The notes: generated by a model from the sequence alone, not told the origin. A DNA stretch of 64,000 nt from Bacillota bacterium (GCA_050260455.1 JBLNCF010000017.1:639-64638); one strand, 5' to 3'; shown: positions 45,956 through 56,335, counted from the first letter of the stretch. Numbers and translations are program-made.

Positions 45956-47248
45956 ATGCGCCCATTTCAAATCATCACCCTGTCCGTATTCGCTGTCCTC
46001 GCACTTCTCGGCCTCCTCCTCTTTGCTACGTTCAAAGGGACAGGCACGAATAAATCAGTGGGGAATGTGACGGTATGGGGAACACTCCCGGCCTCTGCAG
46101 TGAATGCGGCAATAGATGATTTGCGCCGCAACCACAAAGAATTCGGCACTATTACCTACGTTGAACGCGATCCCGGCACATTCGATTCAGATCTTTCCGA
46201 AGCTATTGCGTCCGGTTCAGGACCCGATCTTCTCATCACGACACAGGAACGTTTGCGTGCCGAGGCGAGCAAGCTGTCTGTCATTCCATTCTCTTCGATT
46301 CCCGAGCGCACCTATCGCGACACCTACTTGCCGATACATGAGCTCTTCCTCACCTCTACCGGGACCTACGGTATCCCTCTTGCCGTTGATCCGCTTGTGC
46401 TCTATTACAACCGTGCGACTCTCGTGAGTGCGAATGTGGCGCTGCCACCATCGACCTGGGAAGCAGTCGTCGGTTTAGCGCCTCATCTTACGGCACGCAC
46501 CGGCGTGGGTACTATACAAAAGAGTGCCATTGCCCTCGGTGCCTATGACAACATCCCGGCTGCGCGCGCGATCGTGTCGTTACTTCTGCTGCAATCGGGA
46601 AGTCATATTGTTGAGACAAGTACTGCTGGCACCCGGGGCGCGCTCACTACCGGGGTTGGACCGGATGCTTCTGGGGTGGCACCTGCAGAATCGGCGATGA
46701 ATTTCTACACCCAGTTCGCTGATCCGGCGAAGGTGGTGTATAGCTGGAATCGTTCACTTCCTGACGCACGACAAACCTTCATTTCTGGTGATACCGCGTT
46801 CTATATCGGATTTGCTTCCGAGCGGAGTTTGATCGCTGCGTCGAACCCTCACCTTGATTTCGACATGGCACCGATTCCGCAACCGCAGACGGCGGCTTCG
46901 AAAACTGACTACGGTATTGCGTATGCGTTTGCGCTACCGAAGGCGAGCGGAAACCCCACGGGAGCATTCCGCGTTGCTTCCGCACTCGCCTCCAAGGCAG
47001 AAGCGCCACTTCTGGTAAAGCCGGCTGGCATGGCGCCTGCAATACGCTCGTTGCTTACCCCCTCATCAAACGACGCATACGCTCCGGTCGTGTATTCGCA
47101 AGCGCTCATTGCTTCTGGTTGGCTGTCCCCATCGCCAGCCGTAACCGACCGGATCTTCGCTGCTATGATTAATAGCATCATCAGTGGAAGCGCGACGGTG
47201 CATGACGCGCTCTCTACGGCAGATGAATCACTCACCGCTGCACTCTAA
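45956..47248 (+). CDS. Membrane-anchored extracellular solute-binding protein (family 1)
   Basis: N-terminal TM, VTVWG, GSGPDL, YGIPLAVDPLVLYYN, PPSTW. Confidence 0.88.
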   Translation: MRPFQIITLSVFAVLALLGLLLFATFKGTGTNKSVGNVTVWGTLPASAVNAAIDDLRRNHKEFGTITYVERDPGTFDSDLSEAIASGSGPDLLITTQERLRAEASKLSVIPFSSIPERTYRDTYLPIHELFLTSTGTYGIPLAVDPLVLYYNRATLVSANVALPPSTWEAVVGLAPHLTARTGVGTIQKSAIALGAYDNIPAARAIVSLLLLQSGSHIVETSTAGTRGALTTGVGPDASGVAPAESAMNFYTQFADPAKVVYSWNRSLPDARQTFISGDTAFYIGFASERSLIAASNPHLDFDMAPIPQPQTAASKTDYGIAYAFALPKASGNPTGAFRVASALASKAEAPLLVKPAGMAPAIRSLLTPSSNDAYAPVVYSQALIASGWLSPSPAVTDRIFAAMINSIISGSATVHDALSTADESLTAAL

Positions 47249-47811
47249 TGGCTCTCCCGCTTAGAACATCTCGCATAGTAGGCTTTGTCATTTGCCTCTT
47301 TCTCCTGACTCCGTTTGCTTCTCATGCTGCAGTGGGTGACACCTGCGATATTTCTCACCCGTGTTCCACTGGCCTAACCTGTCAGCTTTCTTCTGATAAC
47401 AGTGGTGCTAAATGCGTTAGTGCGCCCGCCGGAACTGACTCGCAAAACACCGCACAAAATGGTGCGTCGGATCAAAATACTGCACAAAATGGTGCGTCGG
47501 ATCAAAATACTGGCTCCAACACCGACGCCTGCGGGAATGAAGAGGGAAAGCTCCACAATCCCCTTAAATTCTGCTCACTCCCCGAGTTGATGGACGGTAT
47601 TTTGCAGGCCGTGGTTGAGCTTGGCGCTATCCTCCTCATCTTCATGCTGGTATGGGTGGGCTTCCTCTTTGTCGCGGCACAGGGTAACCCGGAGAAGATT
47701 TCTGCAGCACGATCTGCACTCATTTGGGTGCTCATCGGCGGTCTCATCCTTCTCGGTGCCGAAGCAATCAGTAAGGTTATCGAGGCGACCGTAAACAGCC
47801 TAACGGTATGA
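47248..47811 (+). CDS. VirB2/TrbC-like pilin with Cys-rich N-domain
   Basis: Signal peptide; LHNPL…GFLFVAAQGNPEKISAARSALIWVLIG. Confidence 0.8.
   Translation: MALPLRTSRIVGFVICLFLLTPFASHAAVGDTCDISHPCSTGLTCQLSSDNSGAKCVSAPAGTDSQNTAQNGASDQNTAQNGASDQNTGSNTDACGNEEGKLHNPLKFCSLPELMDGILQAVVELGAILLIFMLVWVGFLFVAAQGNPEKISAARSALIWVLIGGLILLGAEAISKVIEATVNSLTV
47452..47511 (+). repeat. 30-bp perfect tandem repeat x2 (AQNGASDQNT)
   Basis: gcacaaaatggtgcgtcggatcaaaatact occurs twice in tandem. Confidence 0.95.
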
Positions 47812-48257
47812 TGCGCGCTGCACTACCACTTTTTCTATTCACCGCCTTTCTTGTCTTCCAGCCGGCACACGCGCAGACCTGTACGCCTGCTTGCGGCGAA
47901 GGCATGATCTGCGTCTATAAGGGTATTTCCGATAATCCCAACGATACAGCGTGCATCCCCCAAGAACAGAATGGAACCGTGGACGAGCTGGTGGTGACCG
48001 GTGCTCCCGTTCATCACACTACCTTTGCAGACCTAGTGTACAAGGGCATCGTTCCGTTCGTGGATAGTTTTGTGATTCCGTTCTTGTATGTCCTCGCTTT
48101 CCTATTCTTTCTCATCGGAATCGTGCGGTATTTCTTTATGGGCGGCGAGGAGCAGCGCCAGGCAGGCAAGACCTTTGTCGTGTGGGGTCTGGTTGGCATG
48201 GTGATCATCTTCGGGGTGTGGGCTATCGTACGTCTCCTCCTCGGCGTTATCCAGTAG
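47808..48257 (+). CDS. VirB2/TrbC-like pilin with Cys-rich N-domain
   Basis: GIVRYF…EEQRQAGKTFVVWGLVG…VWAIV. Confidence 0.8.
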   Translation: MMRAALPLFLFTAFLVFQPAHAQTCTPACGEGMICVYKGISDNPNDTACIPQEQNGTVDELVVTGAPVHHTTFADLVYKGIVPFVDSFVIPFLYVLAFLFFLIGIVRYFFMGGEEQRQAGKTFVVWGLVGMVIIFGVWAIVRLLLGVIQ

Positions 48258-48299
48258 GGGGAGTTGCTGGGTAAGACCTGCTTGGTACCCTTTAGTCAT

Positions 48300-48914
48300 A
48301 TGCATATTCTTCGCTCAGCTCTCCGTGCCGGTTTTGCCACGCTTACCTTGTTTCTCTTTGTCGGAGTCGCGCATGCGCAGGTTCCTGACACTAAGGGTGT
48401 CGACAACCTGGGCGTGTTTCTTCTCAAGGGCATCTATTTCATAGATCGTTATCTCGTTCCGGTCATCTTCGCTCTCGCATTTATTGTCTTCGTCATTGGT
48501 GTCTACCGGTTCTTCATCGCTGGTGCTACGAATGAAGAGAAGCGGCAGGAAGGGCAGAAATTTGTCGTGTATGGTCTCGTAGGATTCGTGCTCATGCTTT
48601 CCGTCTGGGGCATTGTGAACTTGCTTCTCAACACACTCGGTTTTAACCGGACTGCACGTCCTGACTTGCCCATATTCGGTGCACCAACTGACTACATGAA
48701 CAGCACGAAGACGAGCTTGCCAACCTCCAACACCAAAGATACAAGCAATACGACGAACTCAGGGACGCCTGATAACCTCCCTAACGGCGGCGAGGGGTGT
48801 ACCAAGGGAGCCAACGGTAGCTTCACGTGTCCGACGGATACTACGAAGACCCCCACCTCAAATACCACCCAGACCTCGGGATCCTTCAATTACGGTAATC
48901 CGCAGGACATTTAG
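48300..48914 (+). CDS. VirB2/TrbC-like pilin with Thr-rich tail
   Basis: VPVIFALAFIVFVIG…EEKRQEGQKFVVYGLVG…SVWGIV. Confidence 0.8.
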   Translation: MHILRSALRAGFATLTLFLFVGVAHAQVPDTKGVDNLGVFLLKGIYFIDRYLVPVIFALAFIVFVIGVYRFFIAGATNEEKRQEGQKFVVYGLVGFVLMLSVWGIVNLLLNTLGFNRTARPDLPIFGAPTDYMNSTKTSLPTSNTKDTSNTTNSGTPDNLPNGGEGCTKGANGSFTCPTDTTKTPTSNTTQTSGSFNYGNPQDI

Positions 48915-49022
48915 TCCAGAAACCGTTTTCCACATCCTGGACGGGCCCAGATTGAAGCTGGTCAGGGCGCGCGTTATCCTATAAGGGAACACCTCCGCGG
49001 TTGTTTACAGTAATCACATCTT

Positions 49023-49382
49023 ATGAAGAAACTTGGCTTTATCGGTGCTGCTTTCGCGCTTCCATATCTGGCATTCGCCCAGATCAACAGCGCGTTCGAT
49101 GCGGGTCGCATCATCATCGACCTTATCAACAATGTTGCGGTGCCGATCGTTTTCGCTCTCGCATTCATCGTCTTCATCTGGGGTATCTTCCAGTACTTCA
49201 TTCAAGGAGGTCACGATGAGGAGAAGCGCGAAGGCGGTAAGCAGCTCATGCTGTGGGGCCTTATTGGCTTCTTCGTCATGGTTTCGGTCTGGGGCCTCGT
49301 GCATGTCCTTACCGGTACGTTCAATCTGAACTCGAACGTCCCGACGTATCCGACCGCGCCGTACACTACCCAGGGCCACTAG
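49023..49382 (+). CDS. VirB2/TrbC-like pilin
   Basis: AFA signal; VPIVFALAFIVFIWG…EEKREGGKQLMLWGLIG…SVWGLV. Confidence 0.85.
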   Translation: MKKLGFIGAAFALPYLAFAQINSAFDAGRIIIDLINNVAVPIVFALAFIVFIWGIFQYFIQGGHDEEKREGGKQLMLWGLIGFFVMVSVWGLVHVLTGTFNLNSNVPTYPTAPYTTQGH

Positions 49383-49447
49383 TCGCACCCATTTTCTCCA
49401 CGGAACCCCGCGTCTTATGGCGCGGGGTTCTGCTATTATGGGTATCA

Positions 49448-49711
49448 ATGGATGTCTTCCACGAATTCCTCGGCAAGATCGAGCAAGCAATCATTAATCC
49501 CCTCATTACTCTTATTGGACTTGCCGCGTTCGTCTTATTTGTGTGGGGTGTCGTCGAATTTATCGCTGGAGCGGGCAATGAAGAGAAGCGCACAAAAGGA
49601 CAGCAGCATATCATTTGGGGCATCATTGGTCTCGTCATAATGTTTGGCGCCAAGGCGATCATTATGATTGCGGCAAGTACCTTCGGTATTGACCTTCCGG
49701 AAGGAGTATAG
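49448..49711 (+). CDS. VirB2/TrbC-like pilin (minimal)
   Basis: IINPLI…FVWGVVEFI…EEKRTKGQQHIIWGIIG; start at MDVFHE. Confidence 0.82.
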   Translation: MDVFHEFLGKIEQAIINPLITLIGLAAFVLFVWGVVEFIAGAGNEEKRTKGQQHIIWGIIGLVIMFGAKAIIMIAASTFGIDLPEGV

Positions 49712-49763
49712 AAAGAGGCCCGACGCATGCGCCGGGCCTCGCTTCCTGTGCCACCGTCTGTGA

Positions 49764-50348
49764 TCAGCAGTGTTCGTCTGTCCATGCGTAGTGGTAGGGC
49801 AAATCGAACTCGTTCTGGTCAGCCGACATGAACGCCATGGCGTTCGCTGACACGTTGCCGAACGGTTGCATCGGAATCCAGTGGTCGGTCTCGGTGTAGT
49901 CGGGGTAGCGGTTGTCGTGATAGAACCGCTCGAACCCGTCTTTCACCGGATCGAGATCGGGACAGAGCTTCACCCCTTCCCCTTCGTAGGTGAGACGAGG
50001 GATGGGAACCGGCTCAGACCGGATGTTGTTCAGGTTGAGCGCCGGCACATGGACCGAACCCGAGGGCGGGAGTTGCGGCCGAGTCGGAGCGACCGGAGCA
50101 ACATTATCCGCCGTGGCCGGAGCACTGGCGACAGCAGTCGTAGCGCGGCCGTTCACCGGGTTGTAGTCCGTGTGGGGATGACAGTCCTTCAGAAGAAGGA
50201 GAATCACGATCCCCAGCAGGATGAAGATAATCGCCTTTGCGAAAAAGGGGACGGGGTGTCCGTGATGGTGATTACCCTTTTTGGCGTGCTTTTGTTCTGG
50301 AGCTTTCTTTTCGGGGTGTTCTTCCGAAGCGTGTGCTTGAGCGGCCAT
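49764..50348 (-). CDS. Hypothetical single-TM protein (orphan)
   Basis: AGGAGG SD; TTGACT-16-TATTCT promoter just after tRNA-Leu; His/Lys-rich N-terminus. Confidence 0.72.
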   Translation of the reverse strand: MAAQAHASEEHPEKKAPEQKHAKKGNHHHGHPVPFFAKAIIFILLGIVILLLLKDCHPHTDYNPVNGRATTAVASAPATADNVAPVAPTRPQLPPSGSVHVPALNLNNIRSEPVPIPRLTYEGEGVKLCPDLDPVKDGFERFYHDNRYPDYTETDHWIPMQPFGNVSANAMAFMSADQNEFDLPYHYAWTDEHC

Positions 50349-50438
50349 GCCGCGTCCTCCTGATCTCGTGGTGGCTATAGGAAGCAGAAACAACCTCTGC
50401 CTAAGGCAGAGAATATCATATTTGTATGAAAAGTCAAG

Positions 50439-50520
50439 TGCTGGGGAGAGGACTCGAACCTCCATGCCCGAAGGCGCCTGCTCCTAAGGCAAGTGCGTCT
50501 ACCAATTTCGCCACCCCAGC
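50439..50520 (-). tRNA. tRNA-Leu(TAG)
   Basis: gctgggg/ccccagc, cttgc-ct TAG ga-gcagg, variable arm. Confidence 0.96.
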
Positions 50521-50556
50521 GGGTATAGGTACTATACCGGGAAGCGAAAGTGCCCG

Positions 50557-50964
50557 CTAGCATAAGCGGGCACCTGCTGCGCCTCGGGCGGCACGGAGCG
50601 TTGCTCTTGCGAGAATATCCACGCGATCTAAGAAAAGTCGACGAGCGTGATACTGCGCAATAGCTTCCTTGCCTTGAGGTCCGATAATGAACACACGGAT
50701 AATTGAGCATCCCTCCTCACGCGTTTGCTCCTCGTCCTCTATCACCCACTTTTCTTTGATGACGCGCTCCAAATCAATTCGCGTGTAGCGATGAGGCTCT
50801 GTCAGGTGTCCGCGCCATGCGTAGTTCCCGTTGTATTGCACATACAGCCGGGCATTAGTCTCTGGGCGATTGAGATGTTCAAGCACATCGATAACGTGGC
50901 GTGTGGGCAGAGTATAGGGATCCCACATCCCAGCCAGTTTGATGCGGGCTAGCACATTAGACAT
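50557..50964 (-). CDS. Hypothetical protein (orphan)
   Basis: GGAGGA SD; fills the space between two tRNAs. Confidence 0.6.
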   Translation of the reverse strand: MSNVLARIKLAGMWDPYTLPTRHVIDVLEHLNRPETNARLYVQYNGNYAWRGHLTEPHRYTRIDLERVIKEKWVIEDEEQTREEGCSIIRVFIIGPQGKEAIAQYHARRLFLDRVDILARATLRAARGAAGARLC

Positions 50965-51028
50965 GTCCGTTCCTCCGGTCTGAAAGGAGGGTACTACATA
51001 TCAGATATTTTGTCGGCTTCCGCTATCG

Positions 51029-51104
51029 TGGTGCGCCCACTAGGACTCGAACCTAGGACCCTTCGCTTAAGAGGCGAGTGCTCTACCAACTGAGCTATGG
51101 GCGC
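51029..51104 (-). tRNA. tRNA-Lys(CTT)
   Basis: gcgccca/tgggcgc, ct CTT aa loop, CCA. Confidence 0.96.
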
Positions 51105-51161
51105 AAAAAATCGCACCAGGCGATTATCCGCAGTATAGCGGAAAGTTCCGGAAGCGCCAGC

Positions 51162-52319
51162 TTATTCCACAACCCGCTCGAGGTGTGGAGCGATGTGGGC
51201 GAGGATGACGTATTCCGTCTCGCGGTAGTCGGGAGAACTCACCGTGTGGGCTATATTCGATACTGAATTGGGGTCAGACGGTGTACGACTGATGGCAATA
51301 ACGGGATCACCCACAGCCACATCTTCCACATGGGTGACATCGATGGACGTCATGTTCATAGAAACGCGTCCCACGATAGGACACATCGTACCGTTCACTA
51401 TCATGGCTCCGCGACTCGAAAGACGGCGGTCGATGCCCTCGTAGTATCCGACCGGAACGGTAGCAACGCGTATCGGATGATCGGCAGTATAGGTCGCGTT
51501 GTAGCCGATGGATGCTCCGGGACGAAGTTCACGAAGAGAAGTGATGAGCGTGCGGATTTCGAGCACTGGTGTGAGGGGTGTCTCCGTGTCAGGAGCCGTA
51601 TCAAAACCGTAGAGTCCTATACCTACCCGTGCTACGTTTGTGCCTGCTTCCTCCGCAAAGCGAATGCCTTTCGTGCCGGCCAGGTGACGGTATTCGATCG
51701 AGGGGAAGGTAGGAAGGAGTTCAGCCGCTGCACTCTTCCAGACTTCGAGCTGTCCTCGCGTAAAGGTATCGTCATCGTTGTCTGCATCAGCAAAATGCGA
51801 ACAGATTCCGACCAGTTCAAGAAGCGGCTCTCCTTTAAACAGATCTTCCGCATACGAGATATCGCCTATAGGTATGCCCTGACGATGCATACCGGTATCT
51901 ATCTTTAGGTGGAGACGCACGGGGCGGGTAACTACATCTGCCAGTTCTTGGAGCTGCTCAAGTGCGATGATTGCGAAGTCGATATGAGGAAGCTTGTTGC
52001 GCGCGATATCTTCTGGACGCACATATCCCATCACGACAATACGCGATCGGATGCCGGCACGACGTAAGCGTCGTGCTTCGTAATAGGAATCGACCATGAA
52101 GAAGGCAATCTTCTGCCGGTCGAGCAGGCGAGCAACCGTGCCCATGTCGTGACCGTATGCGTTTGATTTGAGTACCGGTGCTATACCAATGCCGGGATAG
52201 CGCTTCTGATAGCTCTTCAGATTATTGAGAAGGTTCTCGCGAGAAATGGAGACTTCCACCAGAGGGGTGTAGCCGGTAAGGTGTCGACGAATCTTACGAA
52301 GGGAAGAGCGAACGGTCAT
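51162..52319 (-). CDS. alr: Alanine racemase
   Basis: VLKSNAYGH, HLKIDTGMHRQG, SHFA, RVGIGLYG, GRVSM. Confidence 0.96.
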   Translation of the reverse strand: MTVRSSLRKIRRHLTGYTPLVEVSISRENLLNNLKSYQKRYPGIGIAPVLKSNAYGHDMGTVARLLDRQKIAFFMVDSYYEARRLRRAGIRSRIVVMGYVRPEDIARNKLPHIDFAIIALEQLQELADVVTRPVRLHLKIDTGMHRQGIPIGDISYAEDLFKGEPLLELVGICSHFADADNDDDTFTRGQLEVWKSAAAELLPTFPSIEYRHLAGTKGIRFAEEAGTNVARVGIGLYGFDTAPDTETPLTPVLEIRTLITSLRELRPGASIGYNATYTADHPIRVATVPVGYYEGIDRRLSSRGAMIVNGTMCPIVGRVSMNMTSIDVTHVEDVAVGDPVIAISRTPSDPNSVSNIAHTVSSPDYRETEYVILAHIAPHLERVVE

Positions 52320-52357
52320 GAATATATAAAGTACCACACCGTTCCTGCTGGATTATT

Positions 52358-52444
52358 TGGTACCGAGGGCCGGACTCGAACCGGCACGGCTGTTTAGGCC
52401 CGCGGGGTTTAAGCCCGCTATGTCTACCATTCCATCACCTCGGC
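52358..52444 (-). tRNA. tRNA-Leu(TAA)
   Basis: gccgagg/cctcggt, gcggg-ct TAA ac-cccgc, variable arm, CCA. Confidence 0.95.
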
Positions 52445-52472
52445 TCTCGGGTATTTGTAGCACGAAATCAGG

Positions 52473-52544
52473 AGGCCAGGACGGGAATCGAACCCGTGCA
52501 TAGCGGTTTTGCAGACCGCCGTGTTACCACTTCACCACCTGGCC
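52473..52544 (-). tRNA. tRNA-Cys(GCA)
   Basis: ggccagg/cctggcc, gcggt-ct GCA aa-accgc, U discriminator. Confidence 0.96.
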
Positions 52545-52565
52545 TATAGTTTGAATATAGCGCGG

Positions 52566-52892
52566 CTAGAGCTCCTTCGAAAGCTCGTCGAGGCGCTGCC
52601 GGTTCTGCTCACCGCTATCCTCCACAAACTTCACGAACGGAAGGATCGAGAAACGACCGTGCTTTTTTATATAATCACGGAACTCACTCGCATTGCGTTC
52701 GAGAAAGGAGAGCGCGTGTTCCATTTCTTGGTGGGGAAATACAGAGACGTAGATGGTGGCGTGCTTCGGACTATTACCGAACTCCACTCGTGTGGGAGTG
52801 ATGAGTGTGCTGCGACCAGCTTCACGTGCGATGAATTCCCCCGCCAGGTCACGGAGCTCGGATGCAGCCTTTTCGTCGCGGTGTTCCTTCAT
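52566..52892 (-). CDS. rbfA: Ribosome-binding factor A
   Basis: Directly after infB; ITPTRVE…ATIYVS…PFVKFVED. Confidence 0.85.
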   Translation of the reverse strand: MKEHRDEKAASELRDLAGEFIAREAGRSTLITPTRVEFGNSPKHATIYVSVFPHQEMEHALSFLERNASEFRDYIKKHGRFSILPFVKFVEDSGEQNRQRLDELSKEL

Positions 52893-52895
52893 ACG

Positions 52896-54374
52896 CTAGG
52901 ATTCGACGACACGGAAGGCGATGATGGTATCGCCGCCTGCGATATCCGCCTTAGTTTCAATCTGCATACCGAACTCGCCTTCCACATGGATCTCTTTCAC
53001 GTCAGCACGCGCCTGCTGCATGTTGGTAATCCTGCCGCGACCAAGGTCGATACCGCGACGATCAATCTTGACCTGATCACCAAGCGAGAGTTGACCAGAA
53101 AGCCATTTAGCACCGAGCACAATCTTGCCAGAGGAGGCGTTGAAGGTTTTGAGGATTTTGGCCTGTCCCAGCTCTTCTTCGACTGCGACCTTGGGAGCGT
53201 TCTTCAACACCAGTTCTTCCACGCGTTCCTTGAGTTCGTAAATGATGGTGTAGCTGTCGATGGAAACATCAGAACGATCTGCAAGATCCCGGGCGGTTGA
53301 ATCCGTACTCACATTGAAAGCAATGATGTGAGCACCTCCCGCTACCGCTGTTTTCACATCTCCTTCGGTGACCGCACCAATGCCTTCGGAGACAATGCGT
53401 ATTGCCACACGCTCGTGATCAATCTTTGCCAGTTCGTGCTTAATGGCGAGAATACTTCCTGTGACGTCTGCCTTCACAATGAGTGGCAGAACGACTTTGC
53501 CCGAGCTATCAGTCTCGGTGGATGCCTTCATAAGAGGCTTCTCGGATTCAGCAATCATTTTCTCGGCCTCTTTCTTTGTTGCCACCGTGCGGAACTGGGT
53601 ACCTGCGGGCGGTAGCTCACTCCAGCCAGAGATACGTATGGGCTGCGAAGGTCCCGCAGACGGAATGCGTGCTGCGGCAAAGTTCTCGATGAAGCGCACT
53701 GGAGCGTATGCGCCACCAGCGACCACGAATGAACCGGTCGAAAGCGAACCATTTTTAATAATGAGGGAGGCGGTGAGGCCCTGCTTCGGATCCTGCGAAG
53801 ATTCGAGCACGTATCCTTCAGCCGGGAGGTCAGGGTCAGCCGTGAGTTCCGCCAGATCTGCCGTGAGAAGAACAAGGTCAAGCAGTTCGGGGATACCGGC
53901 TCCGGATTTGGACGAAACACCGGTGAAAGGGATAGAACCACCAAGCCCCTCGAGGTAGATGCCGTTTTCCAGAGCAGAAATCTTGGCACGCTCGATATCA
54001 GCGCCTGGCTTATCTATCTTAGTAAAGGCGACGACGATGGGAGTGCCTGCCTCGGTCGCTGCTTCGTAGGCTTCCATGGTCTGGGGTTTAATACCCTCCT
54101 CGGCTGCGATAACGAGGATGGCAATGTCAGCTGCCGTTGCACCACGGGCACGAAGAGCACGAAACGCTTCATGTCCTGGAGTATCGAGGAAGGTTATGTG
54201 TCGTTCCGTACCCTCATGCTCGTGCACTGCTTCGTACGCAGAAACATGCTGGGTAATGCCACCCGCTTCACCTGCGGTGACATTGGTTTTGCGTATATAG
54301 TCGAGCAGGGAAGATTTTCCATGATCGATGTGACCCATTACGGCCACGATGGGTGGTCGGACGCTAGACGCCAT
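52896..54374 (-). CDS. infB: Translation initiation factor IF-2 (no long N-domain)
   Basis: [39 protein letters not shown]. Confidence 0.97.
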   Translation of the reverse strand: MASSVRPPIVAVMGHIDHGKSSLLDYIRKTNVTAGEAGGITQHVSAYEAVHEHEGTERHITFLDTPGHEAFRALRARGATAADIAILVIAAEEGIKPQTMEAYEAATEAGTPIVVAFTKIDKPGADIERAKISALENGIYLEGLGGSIPFTGVSSKSGAGIPELLDLVLLTADLAELTADPDLPAEGYVLESSQDPKQGLTASLIIKNGSLSTGSFVVAGGAYAPVRFIENFAAARIPSAGPSQPIRISGWSELPPAGTQFRTVATKKEAEKMIAESEKPLMKASTETDSSGKVVLPLIVKADVTGSILAIKHELAKIDHERVAIRIVSEGIGAVTEGDVKTAVAGGAHIIAFNVSTDSTARDLADRSDVSIDSYTIIYELKERVEELVLKNAPKVAVEEELGQAKILKTFNASSGKIVLGAKWLSGQLSLGDQVKIDRRGIDLGRGRITNMQQARADVKEIHVEGEFGMQIETKADIAGGDTIIAFRVVES

Positions 54375-54438
54375 AAGTGGAGGGATTATGTCATAAAAAT
54401 AGTGGTTTTCCAAGCCGCGAAATGCTAGAACAGAAGAC

Positions 54439-55569
54439 ATGTGGGGCACACGTAAGCGCAGCTATCTGGACTGGGCGGCGGCGAGCCCAGTTTCTCCTGA
54501 AGCGGAACGGGTATTCCGAGCGGCCCTCCCATATTCCGGGAATCCAAACGCACTCCATGGTGAAGCACGAGCGGCTAGAGCGCTCCTTGAAGAGGCGCGT
54601 ACCAACATTGCGCGCCTAGCAGAGATGAAGCCCGAAGGAGTAGTATTCACCTCGGGCGCTACTGAAGCGAACGCACTTGCCATTCTCGGTGCAGTGCGAG
54701 CCAGAGGAGTATCAGGTGCACATGTGCTCTATCATCCCGCGCAGCATGCGTCGGTCATCGGCGCTGTCGAGATGTTGAAGGAAGAAGGTGTATCGGTGGA
54801 AGAAATCGATATTGCGAAACTGGCGTCGCAGATTCGTCCGGACACTGTTCTGGTCACCATGGATCTTGTATGTGGGGAGACAGGCACCCGTCATGACACT
54901 CTCGCGGTTCGTCGCACCCTTGATGCTTTTCGCGCAGGCATCCTGTTGCATGTGGATGCTAGTCAGGCGCCGTTTGCCGAATCATTCATGCTCTCGCATG
55001 TCGGTGCAGACATGCTCTCACTTGATGCGCAGAAAGTGGGAGGCATACGGGGCATCGGTGCGCTTCTGTTGCGGCGGGGGATTACGCTTGCACCGCTTAT
55101 GCGAGGTGGTGGACAGGAGAGAGGTAGGCGCCCCGGCACCGAGAGTCCAGCGCTCGCACTTGCGTTCTCGGTTGCGCTTCGCGAAGCAGCGGAAGGACGT
55201 CAGAAATTTGTGGAACGCGCGACATCGATGCGCAACAACCTCCTTATGCGCATGCGTGAGCTCCCGAATATTGAAGTGAATGAGGGTGCGGAGAAAGTCC
55301 CCCACATTCTCAACGTCTCATGTATAGGACGAGATACCGATTATCTTGTCATGCTCCTCGACAAAGCAGGGTTTGCTGTCTCAACTAAGAGCGCCTGCGA
55401 AACAGATGCTACGGGATCTCGCGCAGTGCTTGCCTATACGGGGGATGCTACCCGTGCCGAAGCAACGCTCCGTATTTCCTGGGGGCCGGTAACGAAAGAA
55501 CGGGAGCTTATCCGATTTGCCGATGCTTTTGCAGAGGCTATTCGTTTCCTTGACGAGAAAACGATATAA
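54439..55569 (+). CDS. Cysteine desulfurase (IscS/NifS type)
   Basis: YLDWAA, FTSGATEAN, HVDASQ, QKVGG, STKSAC. Confidence 0.9.
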   Translation: MWGTRKRSYLDWAAASPVSPEAERVFRAALPYSGNPNALHGEARAARALLEEARTNIARLAEMKPEGVVFTSGATEANALAILGAVRARGVSGAHVLYHPAQHASVIGAVEMLKEEGVSVEEIDIAKLASQIRPDTVLVTMDLVCGETGTRHDTLAVRRTLDAFRAGILLHVDASQAPFAESFMLSHVGADMLSLDAQKVGGIRGIGALLLRRGITLAPLMRGGGQERGRRPGTESPALALAFSVALREAAEGRQKFVERATSMRNNLLMRMRELPNIEVNEGAEKVPHILNVSCIGRDTDYLVMLLDKAGFAVSTKSACETDATGSRAVLAYTGDATRAEATLRISWGPVTKERELIRFADAFAEAIRFLDEKTI

Positions 55570-55576
55570 TACGGAC

Positions 55577-56335
55577 ATGAACCTGGAGGACCTTACGAAA
55601 ACGCAGCTGCTCTTGCTCACGGTGCTCGTGAACTTCGTTACGTCGATTGCCGTCGGCGTGCTCACGGTCTCGCTTCTAGATCAGGCACCGCCCACCGTTA
55701 CCCAGACCGTGAACCGAATTGTTGATCACACGGTGGAGACCATTGCGTCCACGAGTCCTATTCAGATTATTCCTGCGCCGCAGCCCACCACAGTCATCAT
55801 TCATGATGAGGACTTGCAGACGGCCGCACTTGCAGCAAACGCGGCGCGTCAAGTCGACATCTATGCGCATGCGACTTCAACGCCACCCGTTGCTATCGGT
55901 ACGTTCATTCCGAAAGCAAAAGCCGTTGCAACGGCAAGTACGCAGGGACTGCCTAAGGAAGTACTCATCGTGTTCCCGGATGGATCTTCGGCTCCCGCAT
56001 CACTCTCTCGTGCTGGAGCAACCGTTACCATCTACGGGTTCTCCGATTCCGCCACTCTTCCGAAGGTGGCCGTCCCACTGCTCGTGGGCAAGGGCGAGCT
56101 CAAGCTAGGTCAGAATGCGCTCGCTAATGGTCGTGACGGTAGCGCACTCATCGGCATCGTGACGAAGGTGGACGACTTCATTCACACCACTCTCACGAAC
56201 GTGCCGGTAGGCTCAGCTGCAGTAAATAGTTCCGGTAATATCATCGGGATCGCGCTTGATTCGATAGGCACGTTTGCTCCGGCCGACAAGATAAACACCC
56301 TGCTTTCCGCAACGTCATCGCCCGGTTCACCGTAA
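55577..56335 (+). CDS. Membrane-anchored HtrA/trypsin-like protein, apparently inactive
   Basis: LTKTQLLLLT…LLDQAPP TM N-terminus; LKLGQ and VNSSGNIIGI remnants; no GNSGG. Confidence 0.6.
   Translation: MNLEDLTKTQLLLLTVLVNFVTSIAVGVLTVSLLDQAPPTVTQTVNRIVDHTVETIASTSPIQIIPAPQPTTVIIHDEDLQTAALAANAARQVDIYAHATSTPPVAIGTFIPKAKAVATASTQGLPKEVLIVFPDGSSAPASLSRAGATVTIYGFSDSATLPKVAVPLLVGKGELKLGQNALANGRDGSALIGIVTKVDDFIHTTLTNVPVGSAAVNSSGNIIGIALDSIGTFAPADKINTLLSATSSPGSP

Noticed and set aside
47443-47512. 30-bp repeat as a possible CRISPR array
   Set aside because: Two adjacent copies with no spacer, in frame within a CDS; no cas genes in the window
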